A stretch of DNA of 22,636 nt from a bacterium (GTDB lineage: Bacteria; SZUA-182; DTGQ01): contig JBFMGO010000101.1 of NCBI GenBank assembly GCA_040752695.1, positions 1 to 22,636 of the forward strand. The letters are read 5' to 3'. Numbering within the stretch: the first letter of the stretch is position 1; each line of letters begins with the position of its first letter. Below the pieces are notes generated by a model that saw only the letters and a program-made list of their open reading frames with translations, searched no databases and was not told the DNA's origin. Made by a program: the position numbers and the translations under genes. Shown here piece by piece: positions 6,133-14,631 of the stretch.

Positions 6133-8573
6133 CGGTATCCGGCACTCAGCACGCAGTAGCCGGTACCCGGCATTCAGCATCCAGCGCCCTGTATTCCTGT
6201 TCCTCTTCCCCTGTCAGTATGCCGGTCAGGAGAATGTCCTGGCCAGAGGGTGGCCCTGCTGATCTTGAAGCCATCCTCAGTCGCGAGTGGCTTATAACCA
6301 ATGGCCTTGGCGGCTATGCATCGGGTACGGTTTCCGGAGTTTGCACGCGCCAATATCACGGTCTGTTGATTGCAGCTTTGCCTGCTCCTTTGGGCAGGGC
6401 AGTAATGCTCACCAGTCTTTTCGAAGAGCTTCTGTTTCCGGACGGCAGAGCAGTCGAATTGGGGGCAGATGAGCGGTCCGAAAAAGAGCTGCATATACCC
6501 GGTGCCAGGCACTTGCGAGAATTCAGACTCGATTCGGGGATCCCCATTTGGCGCTACGAGACGTGCGGCCTTGTTATCGAAAAGAGTGTTTTCTTTCCCA
6601 TCGGGCAGAACACCGTCTACGTCGATTACCGGTTGATCTCGGGGAAAGAGCCTGTTCGGCTGAAGCTTCGGCCTTGCATGCACTTTCGAAAGATACATAC
6701 AGAGGTGAGCAGTGCTTCCCGGCGGCCTTACACGATCAAGGTCTTGCCAAACCGTTACGAGATAAGAGGAGCGGATGAAGCTTTCCCTGCGCTTCGGCTG
6801 TTCCTGTACGGCAGGCAGAGGTCTCTCAATCTGATCGGCAGAGGGTTCAGGGATGCTTTTTACCGGGTGGAGCAAAGGCGGGGCTATGCGTGCTGCGGCT
6901 CACTCTGGTGCCCGGGCTCCCTGGAAGCTGAAATCAGGAAGACTGGAGCGGATGGGCACCGGTATGAGGATGAGCACACGGATGAGGATGGACGTGGGTA
7001 CCGGCACGAGGATGAGCACACGGAAGAGGATAAACATAGGTATAGGCATGGGCATAGGCACAAGACAGGGCGTACGAATGATCGCAGGCATAGGCAAGAG
7101 CACCTGTCTAAGGGTGCCGGCTATGCGGCAGTAACCCTGGTTGCCTCCACTGAGCCTTGGGATGTCATGCTTGGTTCTCATCCTGAAGAAGCCCTCGAAG
7201 CTGAGATTGCGCGCAGGCAAAAGCTTCTGGCAGCAGCTCACAGGAGCGTTCAGTCAGGACCGGCTGCTGAGCTTGTTCTGACTGCTGATCAGTTTATCGT
7301 CACTCCCGGTATCAGGTCGGCTGGCTCTACTGCCCCGACTGGTTCTGCTGGTTCTGCTGGCTCGGCTGGTTCGCATGGTTTGACTGGTTCGGCTGGCTCG
7401 GCTGACTCAACTGGCCCGGCTGGTTCGGATGACAGGGCAGGTGCAGAGGGGGAGGGAAATACCGGCGCTGGTGGTAACCGGCAGCAGGCAGCCACTCTTA
7501 TTGCAGGCTATCACTGGTTCACTGACTGGGGCCGCGACACCATGATCAGCCTTGAGGGGCTTACCCTGGTCACGGGCAGATTCAGTGAGGCGGAATGTAT
7601 TTTGCACAGGTTTGCCAGTCACGTCCGTGATGGACTTATCCCCAATCTGTTCCCCGAAGGCCAGGCCGAAGGGGAATACAATACGGCAGATGCAACACTC
7701 TGGTTCTTCCATGCCATTGACCGCTACCTTCTGGCTACAGGAGACACCGCCATGCTGGAGCGCCTCCTGCCAACCCTTCTCGACATCAAGGATCACCACC
7801 AAAGAGGTACTCTTTTTGGCATCGGTGTCGATCCTGCGGACGGGCTTTTGAGACAGGGTGCAAGCGGCTATCAGCTCACCTGGATGGACGCCAAGGTGGG
7901 GGATTGGGTGGTCACGCCAAGGCGCGGCAAAGCGGTTGAAATCAATGCACTCTGGTATAATGCCCTGCGGCTCCTTGACAAGTGGGTGCGAAGCGGGCAG
8001 GGCGATGAGAAAGCGCAGCCGATTGCCGAATTGGCCGAACGGGTCTATGATTCGTTCAACCGCCGCTTCTGGTATGAGGAGGGAGGGTATCTGTACGATG
8101 TGATTGATGGCGGCGGGTACGGTGAGGATACATCCTTTCGGCCAAATCAGATTCTGGCTATTTCTCTGCCCTATCCGGTGCTTGATCCTTCACGATGGAA
8201 GCCTGTCCTTGAGGTCGTCGAAAAAAAGCTTCTCACGCCATTCGGACTGCGGTCTTTGTCAACTGATCATCCTGACTATAAGAGAATATATCATGGCGAT
8301 ATCAGGGAGCGGGATGCAGCGTATCACCAGGGAACCGTCTGGTCCTGGCTCATCGGCCCCTTTATCGATGCATGGCTGAAGGTGCATCCCGGCGATCAGG
8401 CAGGCGCAAGGCGCTTTCTCGATGGGCTTTTGGCCCATCTTGATCAAGCCTGTATCGGATCTATCAGCGAGGTTTTTGACGCCGAGCCGCCCTTCAATCC
8501 AGAAGGATGCGTATCGCAGGCATGGAGCGTTGCCCAGATGCTCCACTGCTTGGTCAAAACGGCCTCATCTTGA
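6114..8573 (+). CDS. Glycogen debranching enzyme / amylo-alpha-1,6-glucosidase (GDE_N + GDE_C, GH133-type) with two low-complexity inserts
   Basis: REWLITNGLGGYASGT, R.YHGLL, ADQFIV, IAGYHWFTDWGRDTMISLEGL, GLIPNLFP, YNTADATLW, LTWMDAK..TPRRGKAVEINALWYN, YHQGTVW, QAWS. True start may be later (ATG 6219 or 6234). Confidence 0.93.
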   Translation: MIRNSHPVSGTQHAVAGTRHSASSALYSCSSSPVSMPVRRMSWPEGGPADLEAILSREWLITNGLGGYASGTVSGVCTRQYHGLLIAALPAPLGRAVMLTSLFEELLFPDGRAVELGADERSEKELHIPGARHLREFRLDSGIPIWRYETCGLVIEKSVFFPIGQNTVYVDYRLISGKEPVRLKLRPCMHFRKIHTEVSSASRRPYTIKVLPNRYEIRGADEAFPALRLFLYGRQRSLNLIGRGFRDAFYRVEQRRGYACCGSLWCPGSLEAEIRKTGADGHRYEDEHTDEDGRGYRHEDEHTEEDKHRYRHGHRHKTGRTNDRRHRQEHLSKGAGYAAVTLVASTEPWDVMLGSHPEEALEAEIARRQKLLAAAHRSVQSGPAAELVLTADQFIVTPGIRSAGSTAPTGSAGSAGSAGSHGLTGSAGSADSTGPAGSDDRAGAEGEGNTGAGGNRQQAATLIAGYHWFTDWGRDTMISLEGLTLVTGRFSEAECILHRFASHVRDGLIPNLFPEGQAEGEYNTADATLWFFHAIDRYLLATGDTAMLERLLPTLLDIKDHHQRGTLFGIGVDPADGLLRQGASGYQLTWMDAKVGDWVVTPRRGKAVEINALWYNALRLLDKWVRSGQGDEKAQPIAELAERVYDSFNRRFWYEEGGYLYDVIDGGGYGEDTSFRPNQILAISLPYPVLDPSRWKPVLEVVEKKLLTPFGLRSLSTDHPDYKRIYHGDIRERDAAYHQGTVWSWLIGPFIDAWLKVHPGDQAGARRFLDGLLAHLDQACIGSISEVFDAEPPFNPEGCVSQAWSVAQMLHCLVKTASS

Positions 8574-8854
8574 GCCCGCCTTCTGCACTTATTCGGATAC
8601 CCCAAACCTCCCTTCCCGCTCAGAATGACGAAAGATTCCGACACACTATCCGATCGCGTATTTACTGCGCAAGTGCCCCTTTTGCAAGCCGCACATGAAA
8701 TACGCGGCATGTTTTCATCCTTCTCCCCGTGATAAGGGCTTTCGGAAAGGGGGTTTTGGGGGTGCGACAAAATGCCCCCTCGTTTTTTATAGGACAATGA
8801 AGAAGCAGGATATATGAAGAGCAAAAATAGAGAAAGAATAAGGAGAAACAGGTT

Positions 8855-10072
8855 ATGAAAGCTGTTGTTTTTTATGGGATCGGTGATATCCGTTATGAAG
8901 AGAATGCACCTGAGCCGATAATTCAAAAACCCACGGATGCCATCGTGAGGCTCACAGCCAGTTCTATTTGCGGAACGGATTTACACATGGTTCGCGGCAC
9001 TATGGGTGAGATGGAGCCAGGTACGATTATGGGACACGAAGGTGTCGGAATTGTCGAGGAAATCGGCACTGAAGTAAGGAATCTGAATATCGGGGACCGG
9101 GTCATTATTCCATCCACTATTGCCTGTGGCTATTGTGCCTATTGCCGGGCTGGCTATTACGCCCAGTGTGACAATGCCAATCCGAATGGAAAACGGGCAG
9201 GGACTGCCTTTTACGGAGGGCCGAAACTCTCCGGGCCTTTTCACGGTCTTCAGGCAGAAAAAGCCCGCATTCCCTTTGCCAATGTCGGATTGGTGAAGGT
9301 TCCCGAAGGATTGACTGACGAGGAGGCCATTTTAATTTCCGACGCCTTTCCTACAGGCTATTTTGGGGCCAAATTAGCTGAGATTAAATCGGGTGATACG
9401 GTTGCCGTTTTCGGGTGCGGCGCAGTAGGCCAAATGGCCATTGCCAGTGCCAAATTTCTGGGAGCCGGACGTATCCTGGCTGTCGATCATGTTCCAGCCC
9501 GTCTTCAGATGGCCAGGGATCAGGGTGCAGAGGTTATCGACTTTAACGCCGAGGACCCGGTTGAAGCGATCCTGAATCTCACTGGCGGTATCGGTGTTGA
9601 CCGGATTATCGATGCGGTCGGGATCGATGCCCAGCGCCCGGTCAGAGGTCCGGCGGCGGAAGCGGCCAGGAAGAAGGCTGAGCAGTTCAGGTGGGAGCTT
9701 GAGCAGGTCGCACCAAAAGCCAATCCGCAAGGGGGGCTTTGGAGACCGGGAGATGCACCGTCCCAGGCGCTCGAGTGGGAAGTTAATGCGCTGGACAAGG
9801 CAGGAACGCTCGCTGTTATCGGAGTCTATCCGTCCACGGTCAACTTCTTCCCCTTTGGTACGGCAGCGATGAAAAATATCACGGTTAATATGGGAAACTG
9901 TAATCATCGTAAATACATTCCGATGCTCGTGGACCTGGTCGAAAGCAGCAGAGTCGATCTGCCCGAGCTTCCTACTCAGGTCGAGCCCTTTGGCAGGGTT
10001 ATCGACGCCTATCGGGCTTTTGACCAACGGGAGTCGGATTGGATCAAGGTGGAGTTAATCTTCGGTAAATGA
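8855..10072 (+). CDS. Zinc-dependent alcohol dehydrogenase (MDR family, formaldehyde-dehydrogenase-like)
   Basis: ICGTDLH, GHEGVG, structural Zn cysteines CGYCAYC..C, SDAFPTGY, Rossmann GCGAVG; SD aaggag ~8840. Confidence 0.93.
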   Translation: MKAVVFYGIGDIRYEENAPEPIIQKPTDAIVRLTASSICGTDLHMVRGTMGEMEPGTIMGHEGVGIVEEIGTEVRNLNIGDRVIIPSTIACGYCAYCRAGYYAQCDNANPNGKRAGTAFYGGPKLSGPFHGLQAEKARIPFANVGLVKVPEGLTDEEAILISDAFPTGYFGAKLAEIKSGDTVAVFGCGAVGQMAIASAKFLGAGRILAVDHVPARLQMARDQGAEVIDFNAEDPVEAILNLTGGIGVDRIIDAVGIDAQRPVRGPAAEAARKKAEQFRWELEQVAPKANPQGGLWRPGDAPSQALEWEVNALDKAGTLAVIGVYPSTVNFFPFGTAAMKNITVNMGNCNHRKYIPMLVDLVESSRVDLPELPTQVEPFGRVIDAYRAFDQRESDWIKVELIFGK

Positions 10073-10186
10073 TGAGTATCTGGATAATGAGTAACGAGAT
10101 AACGAGTAACTGGATAACGAGTATCCGGATAATAAGTATCCTTAGGTGAGTATCGGGATAGTCAAAAATATCGGGATAGTCAAAAA
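10073..10186. repeat. Degenerate 15-bp tandem array plus perfect 18-bp duplication
   Basis: tgagtatctggataa / tgagtaacgagataa / cgagtaactggataa / cgagtatccggataa / taagtatccttagg / tgagtatcgggatag; tatcgggatagtcaaaaa at 10151 and 10169. Confidence 0.85.
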
Positions 10187-10194
10187 TAGCCGGG

Positions 10195-10220
10195 AAGGCC
10201 AGGATAGCCGGGCCTTTTTT
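10195..10220 (+). terminator. Probable intrinsic terminator ending the glucan cluster
   Basis: aaggcc-N10-ggcctt running into a T6 tract, between convergent genes. Confidence 0.5.
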
Positions 10221-10230
10221 CCCTCATCGA

Positions 10231-11166
10231 TCAAGGGAAAATATCCTTCCCCCCTATAGTTGAAGGCTTTGCAGCAGCGATGGGGGGAGAGAAAGGTCCG
10301 GCTGGCTTTCGACCCGGGTCGGGTGACTTTTGGATGGAAATTGGCCCTTTGCCTGGGTGGTGAAGGGTGGGAATGATTCTCTTGAGGCTTTGAGTCTCAT
10401 CTTCATAGAGTTCCAAAGCTGGCCCCATACATCCCCAGCAGGGGACATTACCCTTGAGACATCGGGCTCCGCAACCCTGGACGGTTACACTCCCCCTGCA
10501 CAGCACTCCCTGATCAAGGAAACACATCGTCGGATCGATCTTCTGGGTTTGGATGGCTGTATGGAATGAGTCAAGAACAGACGGCAGGTCCTGATGGCAG
10601 GCAGAGGCACTTTTTTGCCTTTTGCACTCGGCACAAAGGCTTTTCGTTGTCTTTGGTTTTGGCTCCTGTCCCTGCAGGAGGTTCATGATAATCTCTTTCA
10701 TGTTTTCCAAAAGGGGAGGGCATCCCGGTATGTAATAATCCACTGCTACAAACTGATTCAAGGGCCTGGCCTGGGGATGGAAGTATTCTCCTCCCTCACC
10801 CGGCATGTCCCCTGGTCCTGAAGGCTTCTTTTCAATAATGCATTCTTCCTGAAACAGCCTTCTTATCCTTGACAGCTCTCCAAAACAGGCGCACGTTCCA
10901 ACGGCCACCAGAATTTTGGATTTTTCCCGGAATTTTCTCAACATCATTTCATTCGCTTTGTTGGCTACGGCTCCTTCGATGATTCCGATATCCACGGATG
11001 GAATATCTTTCTCCCCAACAACGGTAAAATAATCAATCCTTATGCCTTCCGGTCGAAGGTGTAAAAATTCTTCCCTCAGATCGAACATTTTCATATGGCA
11101 ACCAGAACAGCTTCGCAACCAGGTAGTAGCGATACTGACTATTGGTCCCATTTGGATTATCTGCAT
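10231..11166 (-). CDS. MvhG/VhuG-like [NiFe]-hydrogenase small subunit (group 3c-like; NuoB/20-kDa fold plus C-terminal Fe-S region)
   Basis: WLRSCSGCH, IIEGAV, VAVGTCACFG, VDYYIPGCPP, LCAEC, CFLDQGVLCRG.VT..GCGARC...NVPCWGCMGP; SD aggag upstream on the minus strand. Confidence 0.85.
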   Translation of the reverse strand: MQIIQMGPIVSIATTWLRSCSGCHMKMFDLREEFLHLRPEGIRIDYFTVVGEKDIPSVDIGIIEGAVANKANEMMLRKFREKSKILVAVGTCACFGELSRIRRLFQEECIIEKKPSGPGDMPGEGGEYFHPQARPLNQFVAVDYYIPGCPPLLENMKEIIMNLLQGQEPKPKTTKSLCAECKRQKSASACHQDLPSVLDSFHTAIQTQKIDPTMCFLDQGVLCRGSVTVQGCGARCLKGNVPCWGCMGPALELYEDETQSLKRIIPTLHHPGKGPISIQKSPDPGRKPAGPFSPPIAAAKPSTIGGKDIFP

Positions 11167-11482
11167 TCTTTATCTCTCCTGACAATTTGAGTTGGATTAT
11201 GGCAACGTGAGATCGTCGAGTTGAAGTTAGCCGGACCTTCTCCCCCCCGAAAAGATTCTAAAGACCCGGCCATGAATATCTGGCTTGTCTGCTTCTATTC
11301 CATGGTGAGATTTTAGCGGAGCCCAAGAACAGCGGTTTGGAAAAGCAACTCGCACTCGAACCTTTCAACCTCTGATTTACATTTTCGCCTATAGTTTTTA
11401 AATATCCACTATTAAGATAGATATACTCTTAAAGTTAATCATCAATTAATTCTTATTTAATATTAGATTTGTTATATTATTA

Positions 11483-11737
11483 TTAATGTATTATTATTTT
11501 TTCGTTTCGATGGTCTATTCCCTTCAGTGATTTTCCCATTACACAAGCATTCACCTTTGAGGAATCAAACCAGGATCCATACCCCTTTCGTTGAAGGATA
11601 TCCTGGACCATGTACCTTACCAGGAGATTTTTCTCATCTTCCATGATAAAGGGGTTTTCAAGTTCCAATTCTTGTTCCAGTGCGTCAATAAGTTCAGTGA
11701 CAAAAAGAACCATATTCTGATCGTCTACATTTTCCAA
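11483..11737 (-). CDS. Small acidic hypothetical protein (~84 aa, TTG start)
   Basis: SD AAGGAGG (11751-11745) 7 nt before TTG at 11737; helical-looking sequence (FVTELIDALEQELE..EKNLLVRYMVQDIL); sigma54-like site just upstream. Confidence 0.65.
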   Translation of the reverse strand: MENVDDQNMVLFVTELIDALEQELELENPFIMEDEKNLLVRYMVQDILQRKGYGSWFDSSKVNACVMGKSLKGIDHRNEKIIIH

Positions 11738-11775
11738 TCCCTTGCCTCCTTCCTGCAATCAATGATGGTAAGAGT

Positions 11776-11792
11776 TGCATACCGTATGCCAA
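11776..11792 (-). promoter_or_regulatory. Sigma54 (RpoN) -24/-12 promoter candidate
   Basis: Minus strand TTGGCATACGGTATGCA has GG-N10-GC spacing and resembles TGGCAC-N5-TTGCW; it would place the TSS ~11765, just before the SD of the small ORF. Confidence 0.6.
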
Positions 11793-12287
11793 CGGTAGCT
11801 GCAATATTTTTCGGCTAAAATGGTTAAAATAACCTATAGGAATAAAAGGCTTTTTTAATTCCGGGATCAAAAGAGCAGGAAGAGAACTCGCCGGGAAAAT
11901 CACTAATTTGGTTCTCTTCAACTTAAAATAGAAACAAAGAAAATCCAATCTCCAAAGCCACGGGTTATCGAACCATCGATAAAGATTGGAGATAGCAGGG
12001 ATTCCCGTACAATGGTCAGAGAAAAACTGATTGCATCAAAATAGTGCGCTACCCTTGCAGCTGTTTTCCTGTCGGATCTATGATTATCCTGTAAGACATA
12101 ACACCATCCTATGCGATTTGGCCTTATCATGATTTCTCCTTTACAAATTATACGTAAATTGATATAATCCGCCATTTACTGAAATTAGTCCCTTGCAGGC
12201 ATACTTGTCAGATATGATAACCTCGCTTTCACCTTAAGGGGAGAGAGCTTCCAGAAAATAAATGAAAACCCTTATTATGGTAAGACT

Positions 12288-13679
12288 ATGAAGAAAATAG
12301 GCGTTTTGATTAGAAATCACTCTCCTATTCTGTTAGGGGAGCAAAAATGGTATTTCGAGAAAGTCCTGAGGACCAGAAAGTACATTCCCGGCGTTTATCT
12401 GCGGGGAGCAATAACTGATCAACTCCTTCGAGGCCGCACGAACATTGACCAATACTTCGATCAATTGATCTGCGACTCTCATCGCTGGGGAACGGAAATC
12501 GTTTTTCCCAATTGTTATCCCAATCTCAACGCCTATACTTTTCCCATGCTTCTTCCAGTAACTGCAAAAAGCTGCAGATGGAAGCCCGGATTTGTACATG
12601 ATGGGAATTTCGATGAAGAGCATGGAGTATTTGATACCCTGCTCAACCAGATCATATTCCAGCAGATAGTAGCCTCTTCTACCGAGAGCGGACGGCCGTC
12701 ACGGAGTTTAACCCTGGTTCAGAATGCCTATCGCACACTCATCGAGCAGGGAACCCTTCACTGCAATGTCTGTCATGAGCTTGCGAATTCCTATCAGGTT
12801 GATTACGCAAAGCCTCACGGAAAATTTTGGGAAATTCCGGTTCAAACCTATCAGCAGTCAAAATCCTCTCTCTCCCGCAACCACCGGAAGCGGCAACAGG
12901 AAGAATCTTCCAGTGAACAGAGCCAGTTTATCGAATGTATCAGCGAACGGACGTGGTTTTTGGGTTTTTCTTTCCTTCCTGATGATCCCTCCTTGATTAA
13001 GCTGTATAAGGATTCGCTGGAGAGCATCACTCACCTCGGAGAACCCGCTGATAAAGGCAAGGGCAGAGGGAAAGTCGAGGTCAGAGTCAAGGAGATAGAT
13101 GACCATACTCTCTCCCTCAGACAGAGAGTCCTGCAATTCAACCAAAAGTACAGGGAAATGCAGGAGGACTATTCGGTTCGAAAAACCGGCGAGGTGATTA
13201 CGGTGAACCTTCAATCCGAAGCCATTCTCAGAGACAGGGATGGGCGAACGACTTCCAGGCTCAGCGCATCTTTTCTGGTGGAGGAATTGAGGCGGATTTA
13301 CCGTAGAATGTATGCAGAGGAACTTTCGGATCTTGAAACCAGGTGCAGGGAGCTCATTTCCGTTACCCAGCCTACCTACGTAACCGGCTGGCACAGCGGG
13401 TGGAGACCTACCGATGAAGCGGTTCCGGCCATAGCCAGGGGAAGCGTGTTCGCTTTCTCCTTCCCATACCTGAGTGCAAGGCTTCTCTCAGCCCTGGAAT
13501 GCCTCGAAAAACAGGGTATAGGAGAAAGCAAAAGGGAAGGATACGGCCAGGTTTTGATCTGCGATCCTTTCCACCTGGAGGTTCCTTTACCGAGGGCCTC
13601 ATCGGACCTCTACAAGGGTGTCCGCCACTCCCCTTTTAAGGCGCCCCTTTTCCATAAGGCTGGTCATAATATACACTAG
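12288..13679 (+). CDS. Csx10-like two-RAMP-domain protein (type III-D CRISPR-associated family), orphan
   Basis: RAMP1: SPILLG..YIPGVYLRGAI..FPNCYP..degenerate G-loop LGEPADKGKGRGKVEV. RAMP2: TVNLQSEAIL..VTGWHSGW..AIARGSVF..LEKQGIGESKREGYGQV.ICDPFH. Confidence 0.75.
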   Translation: MKKIGVLIRNHSPILLGEQKWYFEKVLRTRKYIPGVYLRGAITDQLLRGRTNIDQYFDQLICDSHRWGTEIVFPNCYPNLNAYTFPMLLPVTAKSCRWKPGFVHDGNFDEEHGVFDTLLNQIIFQQIVASSTESGRPSRSLTLVQNAYRTLIEQGTLHCNVCHELANSYQVDYAKPHGKFWEIPVQTYQQSKSSLSRNHRKRQQEESSSEQSQFIECISERTWFLGFSFLPDDPSLIKLYKDSLESITHLGEPADKGKGRGKVEVRVKEIDDHTLSLRQRVLQFNQKYREMQEDYSVRKTGEVITVNLQSEAILRDRDGRTTSRLSASFLVEELRRIYRRMYAEELSDLETRCRELISVTQPTYVTGWHSGWRPTDEAVPAIARGSVFAFSFPYLSARLLSALECLEKQGIGESKREGYGQVLICDPFHLEVPLPRASSDLYKGVRHSPFKAPLFHKAGHNIH

Positions 13680-13750
13680 AGCCGAATATATAGAATATAT
13701 ACACGTTACTATATTTTGTGGGTGGAAATGAAAAAAGAAGAGGGAAAAAC

Positions 13751-14041
13751 GTGGCTCTTGATGAACGGATAAAAACCAGACGTGAAGAGATCTTAGCTTT
13801 GGCAGCAAAGTATGGTGTATGCAATGTCCGCATCTTTGGCTCTGCAAGCCGGGGTGAAGCTGGTCCGGAAAGTGATGTGGATGTCCTTGCAGAATTAGAG
13901 CCAGGCCGCAGCCTCTTTGACCTGGGTGGATTTTTAATGGACCTGCAAGACCTGCTGGGCTGTAAGGTAGACGTGGTAACCGAAAAGGGCTTACACTGGT
14001 ACATACGTGATCAAGTATTGAAAGAGGCGGTACGGCTATGA
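13751..14041 (+). CDS. Minimal nucleotidyltransferase (MNT/MntA-type antitoxin)
   Basis: [16 protein letters not shown] (GS-x10-DxD), [17 protein letters not shown] 13751 after purine-rich SD; ATGA overlap with next gene. Confidence 0.92.
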   Translation: MALDERIKTRREEILALAAKYGVCNVRIFGSASRGEAGPESDVDVLAELEPGRSLFDLGGFLMDLQDLLGCKVDVVTEKGLHWYIRDQVLKEAVRL

Positions 14042-14376
14042 AAAATGATAAGCTTTACCTTATCCATATCAGTGAGTGCATCGAACGCATTGAGCAGTAT
14101 GTCAGCGGTGGTAAGGATGAGTTTTTAGATTCCACACTCATTCAGGATGCCGTGCTGCGCAATCTTCAGACGCTGGCTGAATCTACCCAGCGTATTTCGA
14201 GTTCACTGAAGGCTACATATCCTCATGTACCGTATGTACCGTGGAAAGATATCTCAGGCTTTCGAAATATTTTAGTGCATGATTATCTGGGGCTCGATCT
14301 TGAGAATATTTGGCAAGTTGTCGAATGTGAACTGCCTCCCCTCAAGCAGCAAATCAATGCGATAATAAGAAAATGA
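14038..14376 (+). CDS. HEPN (DUF86/HepT-type) RNase toxin
   Basis: [33 protein letters not shown] (Rx4HxY motif); translationally coupled to the MNT gene. Confidence 0.92.
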   Translation: MKNDKLYLIHISECIERIEQYVSGGKDEFLDSTLIQDAVLRNLQTLAESTQRISSSLKATYPHVPYVPWKDISGFRNILVHDYLGLDLENIWQVVECELPPLKQQINAIIRK

Positions 14377-14631
14377 TAGGAGCATCAGGAAAAGGGGGGA
14401 AATAGGCTATGAGTAACGAGGGGTGAGTTCCCTGCGCTCCCTTGCAGGTGCGTTTTATTGTCCCCAAATGCTTGGCTCTCTTGGCCTCAAGCACCGCACT
14501 TTCCAACTTCCTGCCTTTACTCGCCCACTTCTTCCCGCCCTCCTTGCCCCGCCTTCACATCTTTCCCTCGCTCTCTGGCATCAGCTTTCCCAACTCCGGC
14601 GAGTTCTCTTTTGCCCTGCCCCCCTTTGTGT

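Noticed and set aside
10073..10190. Possible CRISPR array (given the csx10-like gene)
   Set aside because: Units are 15-18 bp, contiguous and without unique spacers; no repeat-spacer array was seen anywhere in the window.
11228..11272. Possible riboswitch hairpin upstream of the mvhG-like gene
   Set aside because: An imperfect gccgg...ccggc stem exists but no known aptamer consensus is recognisable; an Rfam/Infernal scan would be needed.
11694..12175. Two 84-85 aa minus-strand ORFs
   Set aside because: No SD or motifs; the first overlaps the sigma54 site and the small gene; likely intergenic.
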